A stretch of 61,768 nucleotides of DNA, the filler included, from Nemertoderma westbladi (Eukaryota; Animalia; Xenacoelomorpha): the NCBI GenBank assembly GCA_032718475.1. It is 3 parts of 3 records of this genome, joined end to end, with 100 filler letters (N's around TTAATTAATTAA, not from the genome) between each part and the next. Parts side by side here need not be neighbours in the genome. Positions count along the whole stretch, not along the records: positions 26,176 to 45,073 come from JAUCBJ010006525.1; positions 45,174 to 61,768 come from JAUCBJ010006933.1; 1 more part is not named here. One strand, 5' to 3'. The position numbers were made by a program, and so were the translations under genes. The notes below the pieces were generated by a model, which saw nothing but the letters and a program-made list of their open reading frames with translations, searched no databases and was not told the DNA's origin. Shown piece by piece: positions 38,584 to 49,388 of the stretch; position 1 is the stretch's first letter, and each line of letters opens with the position of its first letter.

Positions 38584-39486
38584 ACGGTGAATGGAGGTAT
38601 TAACAAATCGGTGAATGGGGTATTAACAAATCGGTGAATGGGGTATTAACAAATCGGTGAATGGGGTATTAACAAATCGGTGAATGGGGTATTAACAAAT
38701 CGGTGAATGGGGGATTAACAAATCGGTGAATGGGGGATTAAAAATCGGTGAATGGGGGATTAACAAATCGGTGAATGGGGGATTAACAAATCGGTGAATG
38801 GGGGATTAACAAATCTGTGAATGGGGGATTAACAAATCGGTGAATGGGGTATTAACAAATCGGTGAATGGGGTATTAACAAATCGGTGAATGGGGTATTA
38901 ACAAATCGGTGAATGGGGGATTAACAAATCGGTGAATGGGGGATTAACAAATCGGTGAATGGGGGATTAACAAATCGGTGAATGGGGGATTAACAAATCG
39001 GTGAATGGGGGATTAACAAATCTGTGAATGGGGGATTAACAAATCGGTGAATGGGGTATTAACAAATCGGTGAATGGGGTATTAACAAATCGGTGAATGG
39101 GGGATTAACAAATCGGTGAATGGGGGATTAACAAATCGGTGAATGGGGGATTAACAAATCGGTGAATGGGGTATTAACAAATCGGTGAATGGGGGATTAA
39201 CAAATCGGTGAATGGGGGATTAACAAATCGGTGAATGGGGGATTAACAAATCGGTGAATGGGGTATTAACAAATCGGTGAATGGGGGATTAACAAATCGG
39301 TGAATGGGGGATTAACAAATCGGTGAATGGGGGATTAACAAATCGGTGAATGGGGTATTAACAAATCGGTGAATGGGGGATTAACAAATCGGTGAATGGG
39401 GGATTAACAAATCGGTGAATGGGGTATTAACAAATCGGTGAATGGGGGATTAACAAATCGGTGAATGGGGGATTAACAAATCGGTG
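38584..39486. repeat. 22-bp minisatellite, ~41 units (CGGTGAATGGGG[G/T]ATTAACAAAT)
   Basis: Directly visible; two interspersed G/T variants. Confidence 0.97.
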
Positions 39487-39790
39487 ATATGTTGGGAGAG
39501 GGGGGAGGTGTACCCCTGTGCGGAATCTAGATATTTTCCCCGGTGGTGACCTTTAACATGCGAACAAAAAATAATCGAATTTAGAAGATTTTTCATTATT
39601 ACTGTGACGTAATGCTGCAGGGGGGGGGGGGGGGGGGGGGGGGGGGACGTGGGTCTTGCTGTACAGCATTCTTAATATGTAATATATATAATGCAGCTGA
39701 ATTGCAGCAACACCCAATGCGTGGATTATTCCTTCCCAATACACGGCTTTAGTTAACTGGATTAAATACGGGTTAATATATCGATAATAT

Positions 39791-41832
39791 CAGGGTTGCC
39801 GCTCTATTTCAGTTTCAATTTTTCCCTGACATTCCCCTGACTTTTTAAAAAAAATTCCCTGACTGAAGTTTACATTTCTTTTTACATCTTTACATTTCTT
39901 TTTTTATTTCTTCTTCTCAAATAATTATGACTTTATATTTATATATTTAGTGATGTGAGAAAATGGAATGGTGAGCGAAGCAAGACAAATTTTTTCATGT
40001 CCTGTATATATCACATTCAGGTGGGGATGGGCCTACTGTATAGTATATATCACATTCAGGTGGAGATGGGCCTACTGTATAGTATATATCACATTCAGGT
40101 GGGGATGGGCCTACTGTATAGTATATATCACATTCAGGTGGGGATGGGCCTACTGTATAGTATATATCACATTCAGGTGGGGATGGGCCTACTGTATAGC
40201 ATATATCACATTCAGGTGGGGATGGGCCTACTGTATAGTATATATCACATTCAGGTGGGGATGGGCCTACTGTATAGTATATATCACATTCAGGTGGGGA
40301 TGGGCCTACTGTATAGTATATATCACATTCAGGTGGGGATGGGCCTACTGTATAGTATATATCACATTCAGGTGGGGATGGGCCTACTGTATAGTATATA
40401 TCACATTCAGGTGGGGATGGGCCTAATGTATAGTATATATCACATTCAGGTGGGGATGGCCCTACTGTATAGTATATATCACATTCAGGTGGGGATGGGC
40501 CTACTGTATAGTATATATCACATTCAGGTGGGGATGGGCCTACTGTATAGTATATATCACATTCAGGTGGGGATGGGCCTACTGTATAGTATATATCACA
40601 TTCAGGTGGGGATGGGCCTACTGTATAGTATATATCACATTCAGGTGGGGGTGGGCCTACTGTATAGTATATATCACATTCAGGTGGGGATGGGCCTACT
40701 GTATAGTATATATCACATTCAGGTGGGGATGGGCCTACTGTATAGTATATATCACATTCAGGTGGGGATGGGCCTACTGTATAGTAATATATCACATTCA
40801 GGTGGGGATGGGCCTACTGTATAGTATATATCACATTCAGGTGGGGATGGGCCTACTGTATAGTATATATCACATTCAGGTGGGGATGGGCCTACTGTAT
40901 AGTATATATCACATTCAGGTGGGGATGGGCCTACTGTATAGTATATATCACATTCAGGTGGGGATGGGCCTACTGTATAGTATATATCACATTCAGGTGG
41001 GGATGGGCCTACTGTATAGTATATATCACATTCAGGTGGGGATGGGCCTACTGTATAGTATATATCACATTCAGGTGGGGATGGGCCTACTGTATAGTAT
41101 ATATCACATTCAGGTGGGGATGGGCCTACTGTATAGTATATATCACATTCAGGTGGGGATGGGCCTACTGTATAGTATATATCACATTCAGGTGGGGATG
41201 GGCCTACTGTATAGTATATATCACATTCAGGTGGGGATGGGCCTACTGTATAGTATATATCACATTCAGGTGGGGATGGGCCTACTGTATAGTATATATC
41301 ACATTCAGGTGGGGATGGGCCTACTGTATAGTATATATCACATTCAGGTGGGGATGGGCCTACTGTATAGTATATATCACATTCAGGTGGGGGTGGGCCT
41401 ACTGTATAGTATATATCACATTCAGGTGGGGGTGGGCCTACTGTATAGTATATATCACATTCAGGTGGGGATGGGCCTACTGTATAGTATATATCACATT
41501 CAGGTGGGGGTGGGCCTACTGTATAGTATATATCACATTCAGGTGGGGATGGGCCTGCTGTATAGTATATATCACATTCAGGTGGGGATGGGCCTACTGT
41601 ATAGTATATATCACATTCAGGTGGGGATGGGCCTACTGTATAGTATATATCACATTCAGGTGGGGATGGGCCTACTGTATAGTATATATCACATTCAGGT
41701 GGGGATGGGCCTACTGTATAGTATATATCACATTCCCTGACTTTTCCATGATTTCTCAAATTTTTACTAGAATTCCCTGACATTTCAAGAAAAAATGAAA
41801 TTCCAGACTATTCCAGATGAGTGGCAATCCTG
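39791..41832. mobile_element. hAT-like MITE with 14-bp TIRs and a 5-bp TSD, expanded by an internal minisatellite
   Basis: CAGGGTTGCCGCTC ... GAGTGGCAATCCTG; AATAT at 39786-39790 and 41833-41837; subterminal TTCCCTGAC repeats at both ends. Confidence 0.8.
40004..41735. repeat. 39-bp minisatellite, ~44 units
   Basis: TATATATCACATTCAGGTGGGGATGGGCCTACTGTATAG unit; a 1-nt insertion near 40786. Confidence 0.97.
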
Positions 41833-42203
41833 AATATTTAAGTTTGCAGGATGTACCGTACGGTTGAATAAGATAGAAAACAAGCAATACCGTAAGTATA
41901 ATGCACGTGGAATACTTCTCAGTTCTTATAAATCACCTGTCAAATTCTCCATTTTGGGCAAACTATTTTGGTTTTCTAAACAAAATCGAGAATTTCTAAA
42001 ATATTTTGTAACCATTTAGAAACTTTTTTTCACAGTGAACATTATGAAAAAAACCATCGCAAGTCTAGAATTTTGCGCCAACTGTGAAATATATGGGGAG
42101 GCAGGGGGTCACATTTCGGTGTGACGTCGTTTATGAATAGGCCATAACTATACTTTATATAGAGGAGGTGATATTTGGTATTTAATAATTAACACCCCAC
42201 GTA

Positions 42204-42973
42204 CACCATGTCCTGGAATGTAGTGTCGTTATTCTGGAACATGCCCCCCCCCCCAAATTTTTATACAAATCTTAATAAGATTGGATGAAATTTGAAACAG
42301 AGTTAGTTTCATCTCCCTCCTCCTTACTGGGTGAGCCAGAATTTTTATTTTTGCTTTCAATCTTTCTTTAGTTACAAGCGTTTAAAAAAAGTGTCTCCGT
42401 CGATATTGCACCAGTTATCGCACATTCATTAGTCAAACTTATAGTGAATTGTAGATACTAGTGGAAAGCTGTATATGCAAGGATTCCAAATATGTAAAAC
42501 TATTTGAATTTGGTTGGGAAATAGCTGAGATATGGGCATTTGAATGTTGCCTGTATTTACTTGCACTGCTGATGTTCTAGAACATTTTGTTTATCTCATA
42601 AGTAGCTTGGCAACAATGCAATGCCTACATGATGATACTAGTATATCGATATTCATACATAATTCATGCAACATTCAAATGCCCATATCTCAGGTATTTC
42701 CAACCCAAATTTAAATATTTTTCCATATTTGGAATCCTTGCATGTCCAGCTTTCCACTAGTATCTACAAATAACTATAAGGTTGAAGAATGACTGTGCAG
42801 TAACTGGTGCAATATCGACGGGAATACTTTTTTTAAAAGCTTGGAACTAAAGATTGAAAGGAAAAATAAAAATTCTGGCTCACCCACTAAGGAAGGGGGA
42901 TATGAAACTAACTCTGTTTCAAATTTCACCCAATCGTATGTCTTATATTTCATCAGGATTTGTATAAATTTTT

Positions 42974-43004
<31 letters not shown>

Positions 43005-43044
43005 CAGGTACCAGAATAATGAAACTATATTCCAGGACATGGTG
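42204..43044. mobile_element. Tc1/mariner-type foldback MITE with TA target duplication
   Basis: TA|CACCATGTCCTGGAAT ... ATTCCAGGACATGGTG|TA; inverted arms ~350 bp. Confidence 0.88.
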
Positions 43045-43096
43045 TATATCAGGTATCATTACAAACATCTAATACAGTATGACGCATGATTGGCGG

Positions 43097-43179
43097 TGCC
43101 TCAGATGTAAGAAAATGTCAATATTAAAATCAACGTTGATTACTCATAAGAGGTGTCAGAAAGACAATCATCATAGGCA
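43097..43179 (-). ncRNA. SNORD60: Box C/D snoRNA, SNORD60-like, copy B (diverged)
   Basis: TGCC-T-ATGATGA ... TTTCTGACACCTCTT-ATGA ... CTGA-GGCA. Boxes and guide are intact; the interior is diverged. Confidence 0.82.
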
Positions 43180-43696
43180 TAAAGCTAATTACTATAAAGA
43201 CAAATAATGCTAAGCGTGGGCTAATTAAGTAATTAAGGATGTCCGATGTAGTTACCCCCATTAGGAGAGCCAACAAACTTTGTGGGCCGTTTCTCAGTTT
43301 GCCGATAGGGATAACATTTCACACAATGCACTAATTGTGGTTGCGATTTGTCTGTTTTCGGCGACTGTTTATTACATTAGACGGGATGCTGTTTGTTTGG
43401 TTGATGTAATTCATTATTGATTTGCATCAATAAATCCCATTTGCATCATCACTAAAATTATGATTTGTCGGCCTTTATGCGAATCTGATGGTGCAAACTC
43501 ATTGCGGCGGCGACAAAATCCATATCTGTAGGAAAGGTAAAACCTTGAGATTTCCTTTACTCCATGTGTCACAGTACTATACTGCGGGTGGTTGTTTAAC
43601 TGGCCTATTTAGTACCGGTAATATGATTCTTGTTGACATCGACATCAGGTAATTACTGACAAAACGTGCAAAACTTAACCATGTTTTACAATCGAC

Positions 43697-43790
43697 GATG
43701 CCTCAGATCTAAGTAATGTTGTCCATATTAAATAAAATCATCGTTTGGTTACTCATAAGAGGTGTCAGAAAGACTATCATCATCGGCATC
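43697..43790 (-). ncRNA. SNORD60: Box C/D snoRNA, SNORD60-like, copy A
   Basis: Perfect 6-bp stem GATGCC/GGCATC; box C ATGATGA at 43783-43777; guide at 43771-43757 complementary to 28S AAGAGGUGUCAGAAA; D' ATGA; box D CTGA at 43706-43703. Confidence 0.9.
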
Positions 43791-43814
43791 ATGGTAGACC
43801 CCCCCCCCCCCATC

Positions 43815-44141
43815 CCGACTCAACTGTAGTTTCCCAACAATTCCCCGACTTAACTGTAGTTTTCGAACATTTCCTGACTTACCTGTAGTTTCCCGACTCA
43901 CTTGTATTTTCCCAACCACCTCACCCACTGACCTGTAGTTTCCCAACTCACCTGTAGTTTCCCGACCATTTCCCGACTCACCTGTAGTTTCCCAACCACC
44001 TCACCCACTGACCTGTAGTTCCCCAACTCACCTGTAGTTTCCCGACTCACCTGTAGTTTACCGAACACTTCCTGACTCACCTGTAATTTCCCTAACACTT
44101 CCTGACTCACCTGTAGTTCCCCAACTCACCTGTAGTTTCCC
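43815..44141 (-). repeat. Tandem array of the PRPF6 exon 1/intron junction (GGGAAACTACAG|GTGAGT), 13 units
   Basis: Donor G at 44129, 44110, 44080, 44050, 44031, 44012, 43981, 43951, 43932, 43901 and 43882; GT>TT dead copies at 43853 and 43823. Confidence 0.93.
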
Positions 44142-45062
44142 GACCACCTCTTCCAACCTCGCCGAGGCTATCCAGGCCGGAGCGTGACTCGGATTTGTAT
44201 CCCGAACTGACTTCAGTAGCAACCTCGCCTTCTTTACGTCCCCTATATCCCCACCGTAGGCTGGCAACATCGACTGCAGATCAGTGAGGTATCCCTTAGG
44301 GTCCACCACCGTCTGTCCAGACACTGAGTCGGACACCTGGGTGAGTCGCAGGTCCATCAGAGCGTTGCGAGCCTGTCCAACCTTCCGTAGATCGAGACTG
44401 GTGGATCCGTCTGTCGGAGTAGAACCACCGAAAGGCGATGTTAACCCGCCGTACTTCTGTTCCCGGGCGTCAACCGACGTACCGGTAGCCGTAGACGACA
44501 TGAGAAGCAGACTGTCCGGAACCGGAGTCAGTTGGTCCGCCTTCGGGTTGCGCTGCTTTTTGTTCCGGTAATCGCCCACGTCCGGAATGGCCGACCAATC
44601 ATCGGAAGACACCTCGGAGAGTTTCCTCTTGAGGTCGGCGAACTGTGTCTGTATTTTTGGCCGCTCCTGACGATACTGTAGCATTTTATCCCTGAAGTAT
44701 TTCTCTCGGTACTCTTTGCGTCTCTCGTCCATTCGTTTATCAACCTCCTCGTAGATCTCATCCGCTTCTTTATCATCCTGCTCGTACGGAGTGTCTTTGA
44801 AAAGGTTCTCTCCGTATCCCGCGAACTCATCGTAGTTCATGTCGTTGAGGTCTTCCTCGGGCTCCGGTTCCGGTCGTTTAGCGTTCGGTCCGTACTTTTT
44901 CTCCTGCTCGTTTGTCGGATCTCCGGACTCTCTCGCCGGACCGATGTCCGACCGGGTTGTGAACCCAGTGGCACCGCGGCCCACCCCGGCCACGTAGCCC
45001 AAGGGAGCGGGCATGTTTATAAAGCCCTTCTTTTGTTTGTTTACCATCAACGAGACATTCAT
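44130..45062 (-). CDS. PRPF6: PRPF6 exon 1 (311 aa, PRP1_N domain)
   Basis: [79 protein letters not shown]. Confidence 0.97.
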
Positions 45063-45073
45063 GGTGGTTGATG

Positions 45074-45173
45074 NNNNNNNNNNNNNNNNNNNNNNNNNNN
45101 NNNNNNNNNNNNNNNNNTTAATTAATTAANNNNNNNNNNNNNNNNNNNNNNNNNNNNNNNNNNNNNNNNNNNN
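45074..45173. other. Artificial contig spacer
   Basis: N-run with central TTAATTAATTAA. Confidence 0.97.
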
Positions 45174-47259
45174 ATGGTCGCGTTTCCACTGTTCTCCGTT
45201 GTTCGGTAGGCTCACAAGTCTTCCTCGAAGTCGTAGATTGCGATGTAAATTGGTTGAACGGTCGCGTCTCTGTTCTCCGTTGTTCGGTAGGCTCACAAGT
45301 CTTCCTCGAAGTCGTAGATTGCGATGTAAACTGGTTGAATGGTCGCGTATCCACTGTTCTCCGTTGTTCGGTAGGCTCACAAGTCTTCCTCGAAGTCGTA
45401 GATTGCGATGTAAACTGAACGAACGGTGGTCGGACGACCGCGTTTGAATCCAAAGGCCTTGTAGGCCGAAATGTCATTGGGTAATCGTAGTGCGTAACGG
45501 GTTTAGGTGTCAAAGGTGGACTCACCTGTTTTGTCGTCAGTAGTGCAGGTCCGACTAATAAACTACTACGATCTGTAATCGGTGGGTTACTTACCTTGAC
45601 TTTCGGAATAGGCGACGACGTTGCTCTTGGCGGTGTAAACTTGTCCGGAATAACAAACCTGTGTTCCGTCACACCATGGATAGGAGAGATATCGATGCTA
45701 CCAGCAATCGAAACAGGTTCCTTAGTCGTGACCGGTGCAAACATATGAGTTACCTGTGGGAATCGTTGACACACGTCTTTTACTAATTGTCGTTCCCGTC
45801 CGGGTGCTCCTACACTTCCTTCCTTCTTCCGTTCCTGAATTTGGCGATGTCTTACCTCTAACTGGTCCAAATCATGTCCGTCACGGGATCTCATCGATCG
45901 ATCGCGGGCTAGAAGATCCAGATTTTCCTTGGTTTCGGCTAATTCTCTCGCCCTTTTCTCAAGTTCGAAACGAAGTTTAACTTCCTTTTCTCGTTGTTCC
46001 GTTTGTTGTTGTTGCGCCTCGAACTCTGCTTGTCGTATCGCTTGTTGGGCTTTTATTTGCCGTGTCTTCATCTCGACTCTGGCTTCCGAAACTAATCTTT
46101 GTCGCTCTAACTCTGCCGCAGCCGTTTGTCGCTCTAACTCGGCCGCTGCCGTTTGTCGCTCTAACTCGGCCGCTGCCGCTGCCGCTGCCGCTGCCGTTTG
46201 TCGCTCTAACTCGGCTGTTGCCGTTCGTTGCGCTAACTCGGCCGCTGCCGCTTGTTGGGCAATGTCCAACTCTAACCTTTCCATTTCGGCCGCTTCGAGT
46301 TCGGCTTGTTCCTGCAGATGAGAGATTCTCGCTACATTCGCAACACGTATTTTCTCTTCCTCTACTGCTGTTTGTATCATTAGAAGTTGAGCTTGTTCTT
46401 CCATCTCGTGTTGCTGTCTGTAGAACTGCTGCTGTTGTCGAGCAACTTCTGACGTGACTATACTTCCCTCGCAGATTTCGCTACGAATACTTACCAATGA
46501 TTGATTTAGTATTCCCGGTGCCGATTCGATTTGTGCGAATGAAGTTTCCCTCGTGTATTCCGGCACGGTTTCCAAATCGCCGACGTCTTCGCCGCACATG
46601 CGTAAGTGGTCCGTCAGGTGTTTTAATTGTCCATCCAGTCGGTACAGTTCCTGTTCTTCCTCGGGCTGTAATAATTCGTCTGAAACTGACTCACCTAACA
46701 ACTGGTCCGCTTGTTCCTGTTGTATCTGTCTAATCGTCGACTTAAACTGAATCAGTTTCTCTCTAGTGATCATTAGTTTCTCGAGGATTCTAAGTTGAGT
46801 ATCCATGTCCTGTCTCTGTCTAGCTAGATCTTGTAGGCCAACTAGATTATCTACGGACTTATATACTTTACTCTGTACTCTAACCTGGAGGGTGTAGAAC
46901 TCGAATCGAGACATCGGAGCGGTCAACCCGTCTAATATGCGTTGGCCTTCTCCAATGCTCCTGGTTATATGCGCCATGTATCCACCGACGCTTCTAACCA
47001 CACTTTCTGTGCTTCCTGCTGAACTTACCAATTCCGTTTCCCTATATCTAGGTTGCGGAACAGTTAGAAAGTCCTCGGTCCTGCCGTCGCCTCGTACTAC
47101 GGCATCCGGTACTCCCGTTGGATGTACTGGTGACGCGCACGGTGTAGGTTCGGTAGGCTCGCGAGTCTTCCCCTGTGGTTCTTCCGCTGCTGACTTATCC
47201 GCGTCACATGAGTCATAGTCGGTTTGTGTATTCTTCGTATAGTCTTGTTTGTCACTCAT
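45174..47259 (-). CDS. Long coiled-coil/low-complexity ORF (~695 aa, cut by the contig end), probably the N-terminus of an LTR retrotransposon gag
   Basis: Uninterrupted ORF, E/Q/A/R-rich coiled coil, ELERQTAAA repeats, three 27-28-aa repeats at the end. An LTR-like promoter lies ~2.2 kb upstream. No diagnostic domain is reached. Confidence 0.55.
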
Positions 47260-49388
47260 TTCGGTAGTTGTAAGTCAAGTGAAGTGAGTGTCAAAGTATC
47301 GAGTTTACCGTATTTGTATCTAAACGGTACTAATTACAGTCTTATAAAATTAGCCTACCGGCCGATTTTATAGCAGATGGATAAAATTAGCCTAAACGGC
47401 CAATTTTACAGCAAATAAATGTCACGGAATAAGTATATAATAAAATTAGCCTAGCGGCCAATTTTATAACAAATAAATCGGATAACGATATGCGTTATCA
47501 AAAGGTAAATTAAATACAATAATACGGACTAATTCAGCAATGAACAAAGAAATCGTACGGAATGCATAAATACTTGAGACAGTGGAACCCACAATAATTT
47601 TAACTAATACGGTAATGCCTAACTTATTTATGCAACTTTTCAAACTCACCCACTCCAATAATTCTCCAGAAAAACAGATTCCCAGATACAAACCGGACGT
47701 GAACCTTTCCGTTTTTAACGTTGCGGACGAAACGCGATTTTCCCAACCAAAGTTGTTGAGTTATCTATCTCCCAAACTTGCTAAACACGGTCTTGCTCCC
47801 GTTACAGTCTAGAAATGAGTTCTGAATCCTGAAAAACAAAAGAGTTAGGTTTTACTTTACGAAAAATTTTGTACCGGTACAATATGGTATTTAAACCCTT
47901 TTAAACACCGGTATTCAATTCCAAAAATATTTTACACGCGGTTCAAATCAAATTTTATTTCAAAAAATTAGCACTTAGCTAATCAATATAAATTTTTACC
48001 TCAAAATACAAAATTTTCAAATAACTTTAGTCCTACCGAACCGTAGTTCAGTAAAACATATTCCTACTAAATTGGAGAGATACGCCTATTCCTACTATCG
48101 GAAGAAACGGTAACAATACCTGCAATATCCTACTGTAAAGTTTGTAAATCAAATCATAAATCCGACCTTCTCACCAAAACAGTAAACCCTAAGTAAGCGA
48201 ATATATTGCAGTATCGATCTCTTTTAACCGGTGAGGCAGAACAGTCTACGAGCAGACAAACTTCGATAAAACAAATCCCGCGCAGCGAATCCTAAAATCA
48301 GGCTGACTCACTGACGGACTAAGAGGCTCGTATACTTTGCCGCGGTGTGATTTATATGGTTGGGCAAAGGGACGCTAGCTAGGTACAGAGGCAGATATTT
48401 GGAGATGTCTAACTAGCGAGCAAAGTGCAGTAAGGACGAAAGTTAATTTTATATTTTTCGAGGTGTAAATAATTTCTAACGCGCGTGTGTCAATTCTGAA
48501 CGGTCAAAGCAGTTTTGCTCCTTCACATATATAATTACTGGGTACGGTGTGCATTTTACGAATATTCTAATTTTATAACTTGTAGGTCCAATACTCACGA
48601 ATGATAAGGTTCCTTCCCCTCTTGCGTATTTCCAGGACTCAAATTCAGGCATAAGGTTAATACTACGCCCAGAATTCGGCAATTTTAGGTACCAGGTCCC
48701 TGATACTAAGAAGAGATGTGTTAGTTTACTACTGTAGGCGTACGGGTACTAATAGCTATCCTGGCTCCTATCTAGAATTTTAGTCACCCAGGTAGTCCGG
48801 GTAACTTCCTATTAGGGCGTTGGCGGGGACACGGTAGATGTTAGTATATCCCTGATAGCCTCAATTTATTTGCGCCTAGCGTAAACTGCCCTACCGCCTG
48901 AACGGTACAATCCCAATTCAGGTGAAAACACAGCAACCCCCTAGCCTACAAGTTCTGATGTAATAGACACGGTCGTACTGCAAATAGTCGCACACACACC
49001 TGTACTTAGCAAGAGTTAAGCGTACAGTTTGCTGCACCCTAACCAATGTGTATGCCTTGTACCGGTGTGCCTACGTCCTATCTGCGTACTAGTATCTGCT
49101 CTCTCTCACCCTCCCCCCGTAGGAATATGAAGGTCTACTGCGGTTTTCCCTGAATCAAGACAGTACAGTCCCTATGATGTAATTTTGGGCTTACAGCGTG
49201 TCACTACGTCTACCTTTGATCTTTTGGTCTTATACTTAGGTAGCAAGGATCGAACGCTGTCTAACCTTTCAGGCGATGGGCGAATAACTTTAAATGGTAT
49301 TGCGGGTCGTCTCTCGTCTACATTCCCGTGATGTTCCCGTTCATTGCTGCGGCCCGATCTCTAGCTGGCCATCCTGTCCCTGAGTTTG

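Larger units (their letters stand above)
37923..44129 (-). other. Sole coding-region intron of PRPF6 (6207 nt, phase 0, GT-AG)
   Basis: CAG|GTGAGT donor at 44129 and CAG|G acceptor. Joining gives LEEVVGKLQ|VARNIV, colinear with PRPF6 orthologues (927 aa total). Confidence 0.93.

Noticed and set aside
39955-41783. Long repetitive ORFs on both strands (YHIQVGMGLLYSI / ECDIYYTVGPSPP)
   Set aside because: By-products of a 39-bp (multiple of 3) minisatellite inside a MITE within an intron.
44058-44129. C-terminal extension of the 334-aa ORF ([13 protein letters not shown]...)
   Set aside because: Read-through into the intron; PRPF6 homology resumes at 37922.
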